Shown here: piece after piece, positions 52,010 through 61,497 of the stretch
Numbering within the stretch: position 1 is the stretch's first letter
Layout: the number at the start of each line of letters is the position of its first letter
IMG/VR virus record: IMGVR_UViG_3300009161_000033
Coordinates: 28,037-92,036 of that record
DNA length: 64,000 nt
Strand: one strand, 5' to 3'
From: a virus
Notes under the pieces: model-generated
The model's input: only the letters and a program-made list of their open reading frames with translations
Database searches by the model: none
What the model was told of the DNA's origin: nothing
Made by a program: the position numbers and the translations under genes

Positions 52010-54382
52010 ATGGATTTATTCAATCCTCCTATAGAATATAATTACAAAAGAATGAGTAAAGAATTAGAGTTTGCAACGTTAGACAACCCATACTTACAAG
52101 TGGTATGGGAAGACTATGCGGAAAACTTCACACAAGAAAAGATTAAGAGTGTTAGACATTATTTCCAAAAGAAATACAATACTACGAATGTGAATGTTAT
52201 CACCAAAACCAAATCAAGTGATGAGGTAACACACACAGTAGATATTTCATTCAATATCTTAGATAAGAATTACCAATCTGAATTAGTTAAAACCTATTTG
52301 GTGTCTAAATCACAAGATAAGTTATTTGATGAAATAATTCATCTTGATGGGATAGTGGATAATAAATTACTTTTAAATGATAGTGAAGTAAGTCCATTCA
52401 AACGATGGTTTATTAAGAACATTGAATTTTCAAATTTCCTTTCCTATGGTGAGAATCAAAAGATTGATTTTGAAAAAAGTGATGGTATCTCAGTTATTGA
52501 ATCAAACCCACCAAACTTCGGAGGTAAAACTGTTTTAAGTGTTGACCTTTTGTTGTTCTTATTCTTTAATGAGACGACTAAAACATCTAAAGCGGAAGAA
52601 GTATTCAACCGATTCACAGATAAGAATAAAGTTCATGTTAAAGGTGAGGTTACAATTGATGGTGAGGATTATATCATTGTTAGACAGATTGAAAGAAAAA
52701 AAGCTAAGAGTGGGGATTGGAATGTTAAAACCGAACTAGACTTCTTTAAAAAACTGTCAGATGGTAGTTTACAAAACTTTACAGGGGAACAAAGAAGAGA
52801 GACTGAATCGTTCATTAAAATGTCCATTGGGTCCAAGGAGGATTTCTTAATGACTATCCTAACAACTGCAACTAACTTAGAGGACTTAATTGATTCTAAA
52901 CCAACTGCACGAGGACAAGTTTTGTCAAGATTCATGGGATTAGATTTCCTGAAAAAGAAAGAGGATGCTGGTAAAGAAATTTATAGTGAGTTCTCAAAAT
53001 CAATGATGTCTAACATCTATAGTAGTGAGAAACTAAAAACAGATAATGAAACTTACAGTGAAAAAATAGTTGAACTAAAAGACCAAAACAGTCAATCACA
53101 AAAAGATTTAATTGATGCTCAAGACAGAATAATTAAAGGTCAAGAGTATCGTGACGGTCTTTTAAAGAGTAAACATAACGACATTGATAAAGAGATTAGT
53201 ATGTTATCTCCTGACAAAGTTAATTCGGAAATAACTTCATTAACTGTTCAGAAGAAAAGTGTTGAACAACAACTATCTGAAATCAAAGTAATTGAACCTT
53301 CATCATACTATCATGAAGATGAACACGACAAGGTTAAGGAAAGTTACAATCAAGAATTTAAAAAGAAAATTGAGGTTGAACACAAGATAAAAACCATTGA
53401 GGATTTGAAAAGTTCTGTGGATGGTGGGATAAAATGCGAACATTGTGGTATTGACCTGATGATGGCATCAATTACACAATCCAAGATTGCAGAACTTGAT
53501 GGTTATATCATGCAAAAAAGTCAAATTTTAACCTTAATGACGGATTTATCAGGCAAAGAGCTGGCATTTGTCCAACTTAAAAAAGAGTTTGATGAATATG
53601 AAAAAAACAAATTAATTAAGGAGAAATACGAATTAAGTATTGAAAGTTTTGATTTGAAAATTAAAAATTATCAGGAGAAACTCACCAAGTATAATGAGTT
53701 ACAAGATAAAATCACTTCCAACGAAAAGATTGAAACTCAATTAATCAAGGCGGGATTAAGATTGGATGAACTTGAAGCTGAGAAAAATAATATTGTTAGA
53801 AAGATTGACGGTAACGAATATCAGATTAAGTCGTATGAAGAAAAAATAGAACAAAATCTAAAGATTATTGTTAAGATTGGTGAAGAATCAGAAAGAGAGA
53901 AAATTTATAAAATCTATTTGGAAATCTACGGTAAAAACGGAATCTCTAAAATGATTATGAAAACTATGATGCCACTGATTAACTCGGAACTACAAAGATT
54001 ATTGGAAGATAGTTGTCACTTCAGATTAGAAGTTAGAATTAACGATAAGAACGAGGTTGAATTCTTAATGATTGATAATAATACTCAGATTGAAAAGTTG
54101 ATGGCTTCGGGGTCAGGATATGAAAGAACTATCGCATCGCTAGCATTAAGAGCGGTACTAAGTAAAATATGTTCTTTACCAAAACCAAATATCATCGTCT
54201 TTGATGAGGTGTTTGGTAAAATATCTAACGACAACTTAGATATGGTTTCAGAATTCTTCATTAAGATTAAAGAATATTTTGAGAAGATATTTGTTATCAC
54301 TCACAATCCTTTGGTAACAAATTGGGCGGACAATGTTATTAAGATTAGGAAAGACGATAATATTAGTTTTGTGACACAATAA
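52010..54382 (+). CDS. sbcC: SbcC/Rad50-like ATPase (T4 gp46-like)
   Basis: IEFSNFLSYG, Walker A NFGGKT, Zn-hook CEHCG, signature SGSGYE, Walker B IVFDE, ITH. Confidence 0.9.
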   Translation: MDLFNPPIEYNYKRMSKELEFATLDNPYLQVVWEDYAENFTQEKIKSVRHYFQKKYNTTNVNVITKTKSSDEVTHTVDISFNILDKNYQSELVKTYLVSKSQDKLFDEIIHLDGIVDNKLLLNDSEVSPFKRWFIKNIEFSNFLSYGENQKIDFEKSDGISVIESNPPNFGGKTVLSVDLLLFLFFNETTKTSKAEEVFNRFTDKNKVHVKGEVTIDGEDYIIVRQIERKKAKSGDWNVKTELDFFKKLSDGSLQNFTGEQRRETESFIKMSIGSKEDFLMTILTTATNLEDLIDSKPTARGQVLSRFMGLDFLKKKEDAGKEIYSEFSKSMMSNIYSSEKLKTDNETYSEKIVELKDQNSQSQKDLIDAQDRIIKGQEYRDGLLKSKHNDIDKEISMLSPDKVNSEITSLTVQKKSVEQQLSEIKVIEPSSYYHEDEHDKVKESYNQEFKKKIEVEHKIKTIEDLKSSVDGGIKCEHCGIDLMMASITQSKIAELDGYIMQKSQILTLMTDLSGKELAFVQLKKEFDEYEKNKLIKEKYELSIESFDLKIKNYQEKLTKYNELQDKITSNEKIETQLIKAGLRLDELEAEKNNIVRKIDGNEYQIKSYEEKIEQNLKIIVKIGEESEREKIYKIYLEIYGKNGISKMIMKTMMPLINSELQRLLEDSCHFRLEVRINDKNEVEFLMIDNNTQIEKLMASGSGYERTIASLALRAVLSKICSLPKPNIIVFDEVFGKISNDNLDMVSEFFIKIKEYFEKIFVITHNPLVTNWADNVIKIRKDDNISFVTQ

Positions 54383-54414
54383 TTTGGTAGGTCCAAGAAA
54401 GTTTTATATATTTG
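54383..54414 (+). promoter_or_regulatory. Bacteroidota housekeeping-type promoter TTTG-N20-TATATTTG
   Basis: -33 TTTG 54383-54386 and -7 TAnnTTTG 54407-54414, upstream of the sigma operon. Confidence 0.7.
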
Positions 54415-54433
54415 TAGAATAGAAAATAACCAT

Positions 54434-54979
54434 ATGAAGTATTTGTTATTCGTATTTGCGAAACATAAAAACCAAGAATCTTTTGTTAAGATATTGGCGG
54501 AGGAGATTGTTGGAGTTATAGACACATCAGATATTAAATTTTATTACGGAGATGAATCGGCAGTATTAACATTCAATACCAAAGAAACTATAGGAAATGT
54601 TAAAGATTTTTTTTTAGATACATTGGGGGCGTCAGGGATTGTTTATTTCCTTTCTCCTTATGAACCTGACAAAATGTCATATTGGTTAGATAGAAATATT
54701 GAAAAATATCTATTTGATAGTGACAAAAGGTCTGATATTGTTGAAAATACCCTTGAGGAACAGGTTGAGGTCCAAAAATTGATATTCGGTGACCTTGAAA
54801 AAGAACTTGATTCTTTAGTTCAAGATATTGAAGATGAAGACGTTGATGAGATTAAACAACTGAAATCAAAACCTAAAGTTAAAACTGTTGACGAACTTTT
54901 GGATAAAATACTTGATTGTGGTTATGAATCACTAACTAAAAAAGAACTAACTTTACTTAACGAATATTCTAAAAAATAA
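54434..54979 (+). CDS. Hypothetical protein with C-terminal DUF6576-like domain
   Basis: VDELLDKILDCGYESLTKKELTLL. Confidence 0.6.
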   Translation: MKYLLFVFAKHKNQESFVKILAEEIVGVIDTSDIKFYYGDESAVLTFNTKETIGNVKDFFLDTLGASGIVYFLSPYEPDKMSYWLDRNIEKYLFDSDKRSDIVENTLEEQVEVQKLIFGDLEKELDSLVQDIEDEDVDEIKQLKSKPKVKTVDELLDKILDCGYESLTKKELTLLNEYSKK

Positions 54980-54981
54980 TT

Positions 54982-55782
54982 ATGAGAGAAAAAAATACGG
55001 GAATCCCGATTAACCAAGAAGAAATTCAACACTATCTAAAAGATATCCGTAGGATAAAAGTAATGACACCTGAACGTGAGAAAGAACTCGCTCAGTTAAT
55101 GAAGTCAGGTACTATTACTGATTCAGAAAGAGAAAAAGTCCATAAAGAATTACTTGAGGGTAATTTACGATTTGTCATCACTGTTGCAAAACAGTATCAG
55201 AATCAAGGATTAGATTTCCCTGACCTTATTGCCGAAGGTAATTTTGGTTTGATGAAAGCAATTAAAAACTTTGATTGGAATAAAGACCTACGTTTTATTT
55301 CTTATGCGGTGTGGTGGGTTAAACAATCAATCCTACAATCTCTTAATGATAACGCAAGAACCATCCGACTACCTGTAAACGTTGTTCAAGATTTACATAG
55401 AGCAAAACGTGAGATAGAATCTAACGGTGGAACATTAAGTGATAAATTCCAAAACCTACCGTCAATGATTGACCTTGATATGAATATTAATGAAGAGGGA
55501 GATACCTTGTTTGATATTATCAAGAACGAAGATGCGGATATGCCTGATGAAGTATTCAATAGTAAAGACCTATTAAAAGTTAAACTAATGGGGTTACTAA
55601 CATCCTTAGATGAAAGAGAAAAAGTAATTATTGAAGATTACTTTGGTATCTCAGGGTCACCAAGAACCTTAGAAGATATTGGTGGTGACTTTAGTCTGAC
55701 CAAGGAAAGGGTTAGACAAATTAAGGAGAAAGCCCTTAGGAAATTACGAAACGATAGCTCAATATTATTTGACTATATGTAA
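54982..55782 (+). CDS. RNA polymerase sigma-70 factor, Bacteroidota RpoD-like
   Basis: GNLRFVITVAKQYQNQGL..DLIAEGN.GL, RFISYAVWW, RTIRLP, region 4 TLEDIG..LTKERVRQIKEKALRKL. Confidence 0.92.
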   Translation: MREKNTGIPINQEEIQHYLKDIRRIKVMTPEREKELAQLMKSGTITDSEREKVHKELLEGNLRFVITVAKQYQNQGLDFPDLIAEGNFGLMKAIKNFDWNKDLRFISYAVWWVKQSILQSLNDNARTIRLPVNVVQDLHRAKREIESNGGTLSDKFQNLPSMIDLDMNINEEGDTLFDIIKNEDADMPDEVFNSKDLLKVKLMGLLTSLDEREKVIIEDYFGISGSPRTLEDIGGDFSLTKERVRQIKEKALRKLRNDSSILFDYM

Positions 55783-55789
55783 AAAAGAG

Positions 55790-55823
55790 AAAACCTTCTA
55801 TTTATTATGATAGAAGGTTTTTT
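55790..55823 (+). terminator. Terminator hairpin containing a TATTTAT motif
   Basis: AAAACCTTCTA-TTTATTATGA-TAGAAGGTTTT plus T-run; TATTTAT at 55799-55805. Confidence 0.75.
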
Positions 55824-55842
55824 ACTTTTATAGAAAAATATT

Positions 55843-56169
55843 ATGAAAAAAATTATTGAATTTGTTAAAAAGTACAAGTTACACATCTTGACTACCTTAT
55901 TGGTTATTTTCTTTTTTCGCTCATGTTCTAAATCAGGTGATGTTAGAAAATTAGAAAAATCAAATATCAAACAAACTGAGGTTATTGATAGTTTAACATC
56001 TGTTGTAAACGGTCAAAAAGATACTATTAATAACATATCGGAAGTAATTAGACTTGAAAAAATTAAAGTCCATACAGAATATGATAATTACATTTCTTCT
56101 AAAAATAGAGGAGAACAATTAATGGAATTACATAAGATTGTTAAACAAAAACTTAAAGAATTAGAATAA
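55843..56169 (+). CDS. Membrane-anchored/lipoprotein-like coiled-coil protein (lysis-module candidate)
   Basis: Basic N-term, hydrophobic stretch, FFRSC, coiled coil. Confidence 0.45.
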   Translation: MKKIIEFVKKYKLHILTTLLVIFFFRSCSKSGDVRKLEKSNIKQTEVIDSLTSVVNGQKDTINNISEVIRLEKIKVHTEYDNYISSKNRGEQLMELHKIVKQKLKELE

Positions 56170-56855
56170 TGAAAAGAATTTGGGAATGGGTTAAATTAAA
56201 CCCAAACAGAACCATGTTTTTAGTACCTATACTTTTAGTTGCTGGAATCTCTATTTCACACGTTGTGAGTTGGTACGACATTGCAAACCCATTTAGTTGG
56301 GCGGTATACCTGTCAATTGCTATTGAAGTTGGTGCGATGACCGCATTGGTCGCGGCGACAAACAAAATTAAAGGTGGGGTTTGGTTTATGTTTGGACTTG
56401 TAACTTTAATCCAAATGATTGGTAATATTTTCTTTTCCTTTAAAGAAATTGATGCTAACGGTGACCTATTCAAATCATGGGTTGAGTTAACATCCCCATT
56501 ATGGGAAATGATGGGAACTGATACCACTGACGTGATTTCACTTAAACGATGGTTGGCTTTCTTAGAAGGTGGTTTACTTCCTATTATCTCATTAACCTCA
56601 TTACACTTCTTTATCAAGTATGAGGACCGTAAACCCGATACCACTAAAGAACTGTTGGAGGACATTGTTGAAGAATTAACTACCGACCAAACGACTGACC
56701 AAGTTGAAGAAATATCTAAATCTGAAGAAAATTTAGATGAAGAATATACCAATGATGAGGTGAAGTACCTTGACATCCAAGACGATTGGGTATCAACAAC
56801 TACCACAACTACTACTGATGGTATTAGAAGGTTAACATATTCAAAACCAATTTAA
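56169..56855 (+). CDS. Multi-pass membrane protein (holin candidate) with acidic/poly-Thr tail
   Basis: About 4 TM segments; directly upstream of the amidase. Confidence 0.5.
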   Translation: MKRIWEWVKLNPNRTMFLVPILLVAGISISHVVSWYDIANPFSWAVYLSIAIEVGAMTALVAATNKIKGGVWFMFGLVTLIQMIGNIFFSFKEIDANGDLFKSWVELTSPLWEMMGTDTTDVISLKRWLAFLEGGLLPIISLTSLHFFIKYEDRKPDTTKELLEDIVEELTTDQTTDQVEEISKSEENLDEEYTNDEVKYLDIQDDWVSTTTTTTTDGIRRLTYSKPI

Positions 56856-56881
56856 CCTAATAAAACTTTAAGTCATGTTAA

Positions 56882-57487
56882 ATGGTAGATATAATACAAT
56901 ACGGAGACTTCAAACCATTAGGTAAACAAAAGAAAAAATCTCAAATCATATTATCACATTCATCAAGGAATGTTGAGAATTATTTACAATCATTAAAATA
57001 TAGGTATAACGGGAAATTTTTAAGAATTCCCAATTATGTTATTACTAAAGAAGGTAAAATATTACAATTACTTTCCAATACTGAACACAGTAATTTCTTT
57101 AAAGACCTCAATATAAATAGGAATTCAATTAACATTGTATTAGAAAATTTAGGGTGGGTTCAAAAAGAACCACTAAAAGATTATTACGTTAACTGGATTG
57201 GTGATATTTATAAAGGTAAAGTGTTTGAAAGAAAATGGAGAGATTATTTTTTTTGGGACCCGTACACTGAAAAACAAATAGATTCTACAGTTTTATTATG
57301 TAAGATGTTGTTTAAAGAAATGGGAATAAAAAACAATATTATTGGACACAATACACGAATAAATGGTATAGAAAAATTTGAAGGAGTAGTAACCAAAAGT
57401 AATTTTGATTCCAACTTTACCGAGGTAAACCCATCTTTCAACTTTGAAAATTTTATAAAAAAAATAGACGATGAACAACTCACATGA
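56882..57487 (+). CDS. N-acetylmuramoyl-L-alanine amidase (Amidase_2/PGRP-like) endolysin
   Basis: IILSHS, NYVITKEGKILQL, NRNSINIVLE, YTEKQIDS..L, IIGHN. Confidence 0.72.
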   Translation: MVDIIQYGDFKPLGKQKKKSQIILSHSSRNVENYLQSLKYRYNGKFLRIPNYVITKEGKILQLLSNTEHSNFFKDLNINRNSINIVLENLGWVQKEPLKDYYVNWIGDIYKGKVFERKWRDYFFWDPYTEKQIDSTVLLCKMLFKEMGIKNNIIGHNTRINGIEKFEGVVTKSNFDSNFTEVNPSFNFENFIKKIDDEQLT

Positions 57488-58082
57488 TGAAATAAAAAAT
57501 CTTTTGAAAGCTTCAAGAACGATGCTTTCAAAACCTAATTCATTACAGGAATCATTAAGTATTAAAAAACAATATGGTATCTTAACCGAACAAAATGTTA
57601 ATATGACATCTGGTGATATTACTACAAAGATGAATGTCGGTAAAGAAATTGAGACTGCGATTAGTGATGATGAAGAAGAACAATCAGGTAAAGATTTAAC
57701 TCAAGCCTATAGAATTTCAGGAGGAATTTTAGTTCTTCATGGTAAAGACCAAACTGAATTAGAATTAACTACTGATGAGAAAATTGCATTCCAAGAAACG
57801 ATGGACGAATTTGTCGCGGAGGTTTCTGACTTGGTAGACTTTAATAAATTGAATGTTTATCCAAACAATGTTGAATGGTCGGGTAAAATTATTGATTTTG
57901 ATGTTGAATTTATTTACTCAATCGGAGAAGAAAATGGTATTTATGTTAACGGAGATATGATGAAGATGGATGATAAATTTATTGAATTTGTTACTAAATT
58001 AAAATCATATTACGAAAAATTTAAATCAAAATGGGCTAAAATATTAGCATCAAGAAAGAAAACAAAAAAAACTGACGAATGA
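57471..58082 (+). CDS. Hypothetical (possible head-associated) protein
   Basis: LQES / ILTEQ leader pattern. Confidence 0.55.
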   Translation: MNNSHDEIKNLLKASRTMLSKPNSLQESLSIKKQYGILTEQNVNMTSGDITTKMNVGKEIETAISDDEEEQSGKDLTQAYRISGGILVLHGKDQTELELTTDEKIAFQETMDEFVAEVSDLVDFNKLNVYPNNVEWSGKIIDFDVEFIYSIGEENGIYVNGDMMKMDDKFIEFVTKLKSYYEKFKSKWAKILASRKKTKKTDE

Positions 58083-58711
58083 TTAACATTTTAAAAAAAT
58101 TAGACTTAAAAACTTTATTAATACTAGGATTAATTATTGTAATCCTTTTAATGAGAGCTTGTTCATCTGATGGTGGTGGAAATAAAGGTAAAGAAATTAA
58201 AATTGATGGTAAAAAATACACCATTATCAAACATACAATTGATACAATAATTAAACCTGTGACTCAAACTGTATATAAGAAAGGGGAAACAATTTTTGTT
58301 GATGTACCTGTTTATGTTAATATTCCTGCAAATGTTGATACCGCATCAATCTTAAAAGACTATTACACTAAGTATCCATATAAAGATACACTTATACTTG
58401 ATGATGGATTAGGGTATATTGCGGTAAATGACACAATATTTAAGAATAGAATCTTGAATAGAAAGTTTAAGTCATTCATCAATCAAACAACAATTACGGA
58501 AACTATTTATCTTGAACCAGCACCAAAAATTCAAATGTACATTGGTGGTGTTGCAGGATTTGATAAGGTTAACATAGTTAACTTTGTTGGACCATCCCTA
58601 TTATTAAAAGATAAAAAAGATAAAGTGTATTCTTTAGGAGTTGGTTATAGCAATGCTAAATCATTATCAATCCAAGGGGGTATTTATTGGAAAATTAAAT
58701 TAAAAAAATAA
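58079..58711 (+). CDS. Membrane-anchored protein (spanin-like candidate)
   Basis: N-terminal TM then RACS; beta-rich C-term ending GIYWKIKLKK. Confidence 0.45.
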   Translation: MINILKKLDLKTLLILGLIIVILLMRACSSDGGGNKGKEIKIDGKKYTIIKHTIDTIIKPVTQTVYKKGETIFVDVPVYVNIPANVDTASILKDYYTKYPYKDTLILDDGLGYIAVNDTIFKNRILNRKFKSFINQTTITETIYLEPAPKIQMYIGGVAGFDKVNIVNFVGPSLLLKDKKDKVYSLGVGYSNAKSLSIQGGIYWKIKLKK

Positions 58712-58712
58712 C

Positions 58713-58958
58713 ATGGCCTTAACCGACACTGATAAGAAACAGATTGAGACAATGATTCGTAAAGAAATTAAAGATTTCATTGGGTCAACAACTATGAGAC
58801 AATATGAGGATAAATTAATTGATACACTATCAAGAGAAATCAGAAGAGGTAAACTTGAAAGTGACGTTAAAGATATTGTCGTTAGGTCTTTTAGTGAGTT
58901 TTATCAATTCATGTGGACTCAAAGAAGTTATTGGATGCCAAGAATAAAGAACGCTTAA
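58713..58958 (+). CDS. Hypothetical protein
   Basis: Coupled ORF. Confidence 0.6.
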   Translation: MALTDTDKKQIETMIRKEIKDFIGSTTMRQYEDKLIDTLSREIRRGKLESDVKDIVVRSFSEFYQFMWTQRSYWMPRIKNA

Positions 58959-58959
58959 T

Positions 58960-59772
58960 ATGAGAATCAACGAAAATTTAACCGCAGATTTAAAATCTAA
59001 AATGTCTACTGAGTTTGGTAAAACAGGTGGTGGAGGTATTGAACAAATGATGGGTCAAAACGGGTTTTTAAATAGTTTGGGTGAAAACAAAAAAAAGAAA
59101 GTGAAAAAAACGGAAACTAAAGAAGTTACAGGGTCAGGTAGTGCGGGAGCAGTTGAAGGACTTTTTTCAGTAACTAAAAAAGAAATGGGGGAAATGAAAC
59201 AAACATCTTTCAAGGCACCAAAGTTAACAATGTTTTCAGATGAATCACCGAAACCAATAAAGACTATGAATGAATCATGTTGGAAAGGTTATAAACAAGA
59301 AGGGATGAAAGATAAGAATGGTAAACAAGTTCCTAATTGCGTTCCTATCAAAGAAAGTGAAGAGGTTAAAGAAAAATGGTCTGAAAAATATAAAAAAAGT
59401 ATTGACTGTAATAATCCTAAAGGATTTTCTCAAAAAGCACATTGTCAAGGTAAAGTTAAAAAAGTTGAAACTAAAGAAGCAACAGGAGCGTCTTCTGCAG
59501 GTTCTTATCTTACAACCGCAGCTTGGGCTAAATCAACCAATAAAAAAGATTGGAGAGGAAAATCAAAGACTCAAATCCCTGGAGGTAGTTTTGTACAAGT
59601 CAAAAAGAAATGTAAAAAATTCCCATACTGTAATCAAGGAGATATCAAAGCATTAAATATTTTTGAAGATGATACCTTTAAAAAGGTTAGTAAAAAAATT
59701 AGTGAGAAACACGGTATTAGTGAAAATGTTATTAAGTCTATCCTTTCTTACGAATATTATAAAACCAAATAA
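58960..59772 (+). CDS. Modular basic protein with CWKGY...VPNCVP and KWSEKYKKSIDC...AHC motifs
   Basis: Short Cys-pair modules of the kind seen in T4-like/large phage hypothetical proteins. Confidence 0.65.
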   Translation: MRINENLTADLKSKMSTEFGKTGGGGIEQMMGQNGFLNSLGENKKKKVKKTETKEVTGSGSAGAVEGLFSVTKKEMGEMKQTSFKAPKLTMFSDESPKPIKTMNESCWKGYKQEGMKDKNGKQVPNCVPIKESEEVKEKWSEKYKKSIDCNNPKGFSQKAHCQGKVKKVETKEATGASSAGSYLTTAAWAKSTNKKDWRGKSKTQIPGGSFVQVKKKCKKFPYCNQGDIKALNIFEDDTFKKVSKKISEKHGISENVIKSILSYEYYKTK

Positions 59773-59805
59773 AAACTTTAAGATATTTATTAAATAAAAA
59801 CAAAG

Positions 59806-61497
59806 ATGAAAAAAATTAATAGTACATATATTGATAATCTTGTTCAGAGAGTAATCAACGAAACATTAGAAAAAAGAGCCGATAGTTTAGTTTCTAAAAT
59901 CAAAACTAACGTCAATGAATTAGGAGGAATGGATGATGGACATCCTAGATTTGGTAAACTTAATTTATCAACAATGACCGATGATGAAATCGCCGATTTA
60001 ATGAGTCAACCTATGAATGGTCACGATGATGAAGAAACTATTGATTTGACAAATATGACAGACGATGATACTTTAGAAGTTTACAAAAATATGAGTGATG
60101 ACGATTTTGAAGAAATTGACGAAGACGATTGTATGGAATGTGGAAAATCTGACATGTATGAAAGTTCAGAAGTTTGTGAATGTGGTGGAGGAATCTACGA
60201 AGGTGAATGTATGGAATGTGGAGCATCTTATATGGAAGAAGGAATTCATGATGAAGAAGATATTAATGGTGATTTTGATTATGTTGATGAAGAAGATGAT
60301 ACTTTAGAATTTGAAGATGATGAAACTGAGGAAGAAGAAGAGAATAAAGAATTCTGTAAATATCAGAAAAAAATGTTTGGGCCTGACGATGAAAGATATA
60401 CTGAAAAATGTTTAGGTAAATCGGCAGTTAAAGACTTATCTCGTAGACCAATCTCAATGAATGAAAGATTAAGAGGTAATCAATCTAAAATTGATAGAAA
60501 TAAAAATGGTAAGATTGATGCTGAAGATTTTAAAATGTTAAGAGGGAAAAATAATAGAGAAATGGGTGAAAGTAGATATGTAACCTCCAAAGGAGGAAGA
60601 TTTGATAAAGAAAATATGCCGATGTCTAGACAAGACATGGAAATGGGTATGAATAATATGCCAGAATTTGATTTAGAAGAATTTTGTTCTCATCATCATA
60701 ATATGGACACACCTGAATGTCAATCATACTACAATCATAATAGCGAAGTTGACGAGGGTAACGCATTTACAGGAGCACTTGCAAATGCTAAAAAACGTCA
60801 TAAAGACAAATTTAATGTTGATGGTAAAAAATTCCATGTTAAAGAATCTGTTAAACTTACTGAATCTGAAATTATTGATTTAATTGAAAAAATTGTTTTA
60901 GAACAAAAAGAAGAAAATAAAGTTAAATCAAATATCAAAACAACTGAAAGACCTAAAGGATTGGCGGCTTACGAAAAAGCGGTTAAAGGTTCTAAAAAAG
61001 AAAACGATGACTATATTAAGTCAGTTGCTAAAAAGATGAAAGATTATTTAAAAGATGGTTCTAAAGGTGAGTATGAAACAAACCCTAAACATTTTCCAAA
61101 AGGTAATGGTCAATTGGCTAAAATGGCTAAAAAAGCTTACGAAATTGACGAAGAAGGTACGGACTTCAACAGGGAAGTTGGAGGATTAAATATCCCTGAC
61201 TATGATAATGGTGGTCACCCAAAGAAAGAGACTATTGAAAAACAAATAAAAGGTAGTTCCGATAATGGTAATAATCCAAAATGGGCAAACGCTGAAGATA
61301 CAGGTGTTAATGATAAATTCTCAGAATATTTTGAAAACGACCAATTAGCAAAATGGAAAGATGAATCATACGGAAGAGTACCTTCTCCTGTATATGGTGA
61401 AACACCTAAAAAAAGTAAAAAGGTTAGTAAAAGTAAATTGAAAGAGGAGTTTGAAATAATGAAATCATTAATTTCATACGATAGAAAGACTCAGTAA
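59806..61497 (+). CDS. Acidic modular protein with CxECG repeats and an EF-hand-like loop (probable head-internal protein)
   Basis: CMECG x2, CECGG; DRNKNGKIDAED; VKLTESEIIDLIEKIVLEQ; TATTTAT at 59784. Confidence 0.6.
   Translation: MKKINSTYIDNLVQRVINETLEKRADSLVSKIKTNVNELGGMDDGHPRFGKLNLSTMTDDEIADLMSQPMNGHDDEETIDLTNMTDDDTLEVYKNMSDDDFEEIDEDDCMECGKSDMYESSEVCECGGGIYEGECMECGASYMEEGIHDEEDINGDFDYVDEEDDTLEFEDDETEEEEENKEFCKYQKKMFGPDDERYTEKCLGKSAVKDLSRRPISMNERLRGNQSKIDRNKNGKIDAEDFKMLRGKNNREMGESRYVTSKGGRFDKENMPMSRQDMEMGMNNMPEFDLEEFCSHHHNMDTPECQSYYNHNSEVDEGNAFTGALANAKKRHKDKFNVDGKKFHVKESVKLTESEIIDLIEKIVLEQKEENKVKSNIKTTERPKGLAAYEKAVKGSKKENDDYIKSVAKKMKDYLKDGSKGEYETNPKHFPKGNGQLAKMAKKAYEIDEEGTDFNREVGGLNIPDYDNGGHPKKETIEKQIKGSSDNGNNPKWANAEDTGVNDKFSEYFENDQLAKWKDESYGRVPSPVYGETPKKSKKVSKSKLKEEFEIMKSLISYDRKTQ

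Noticed and set aside
56153-56806. 217-aa minus-strand ORF and the other short nested ORFs in the track
   Set aside because: They are antisense or frame shadows of well-supported genes, with no motifs or expression signals.
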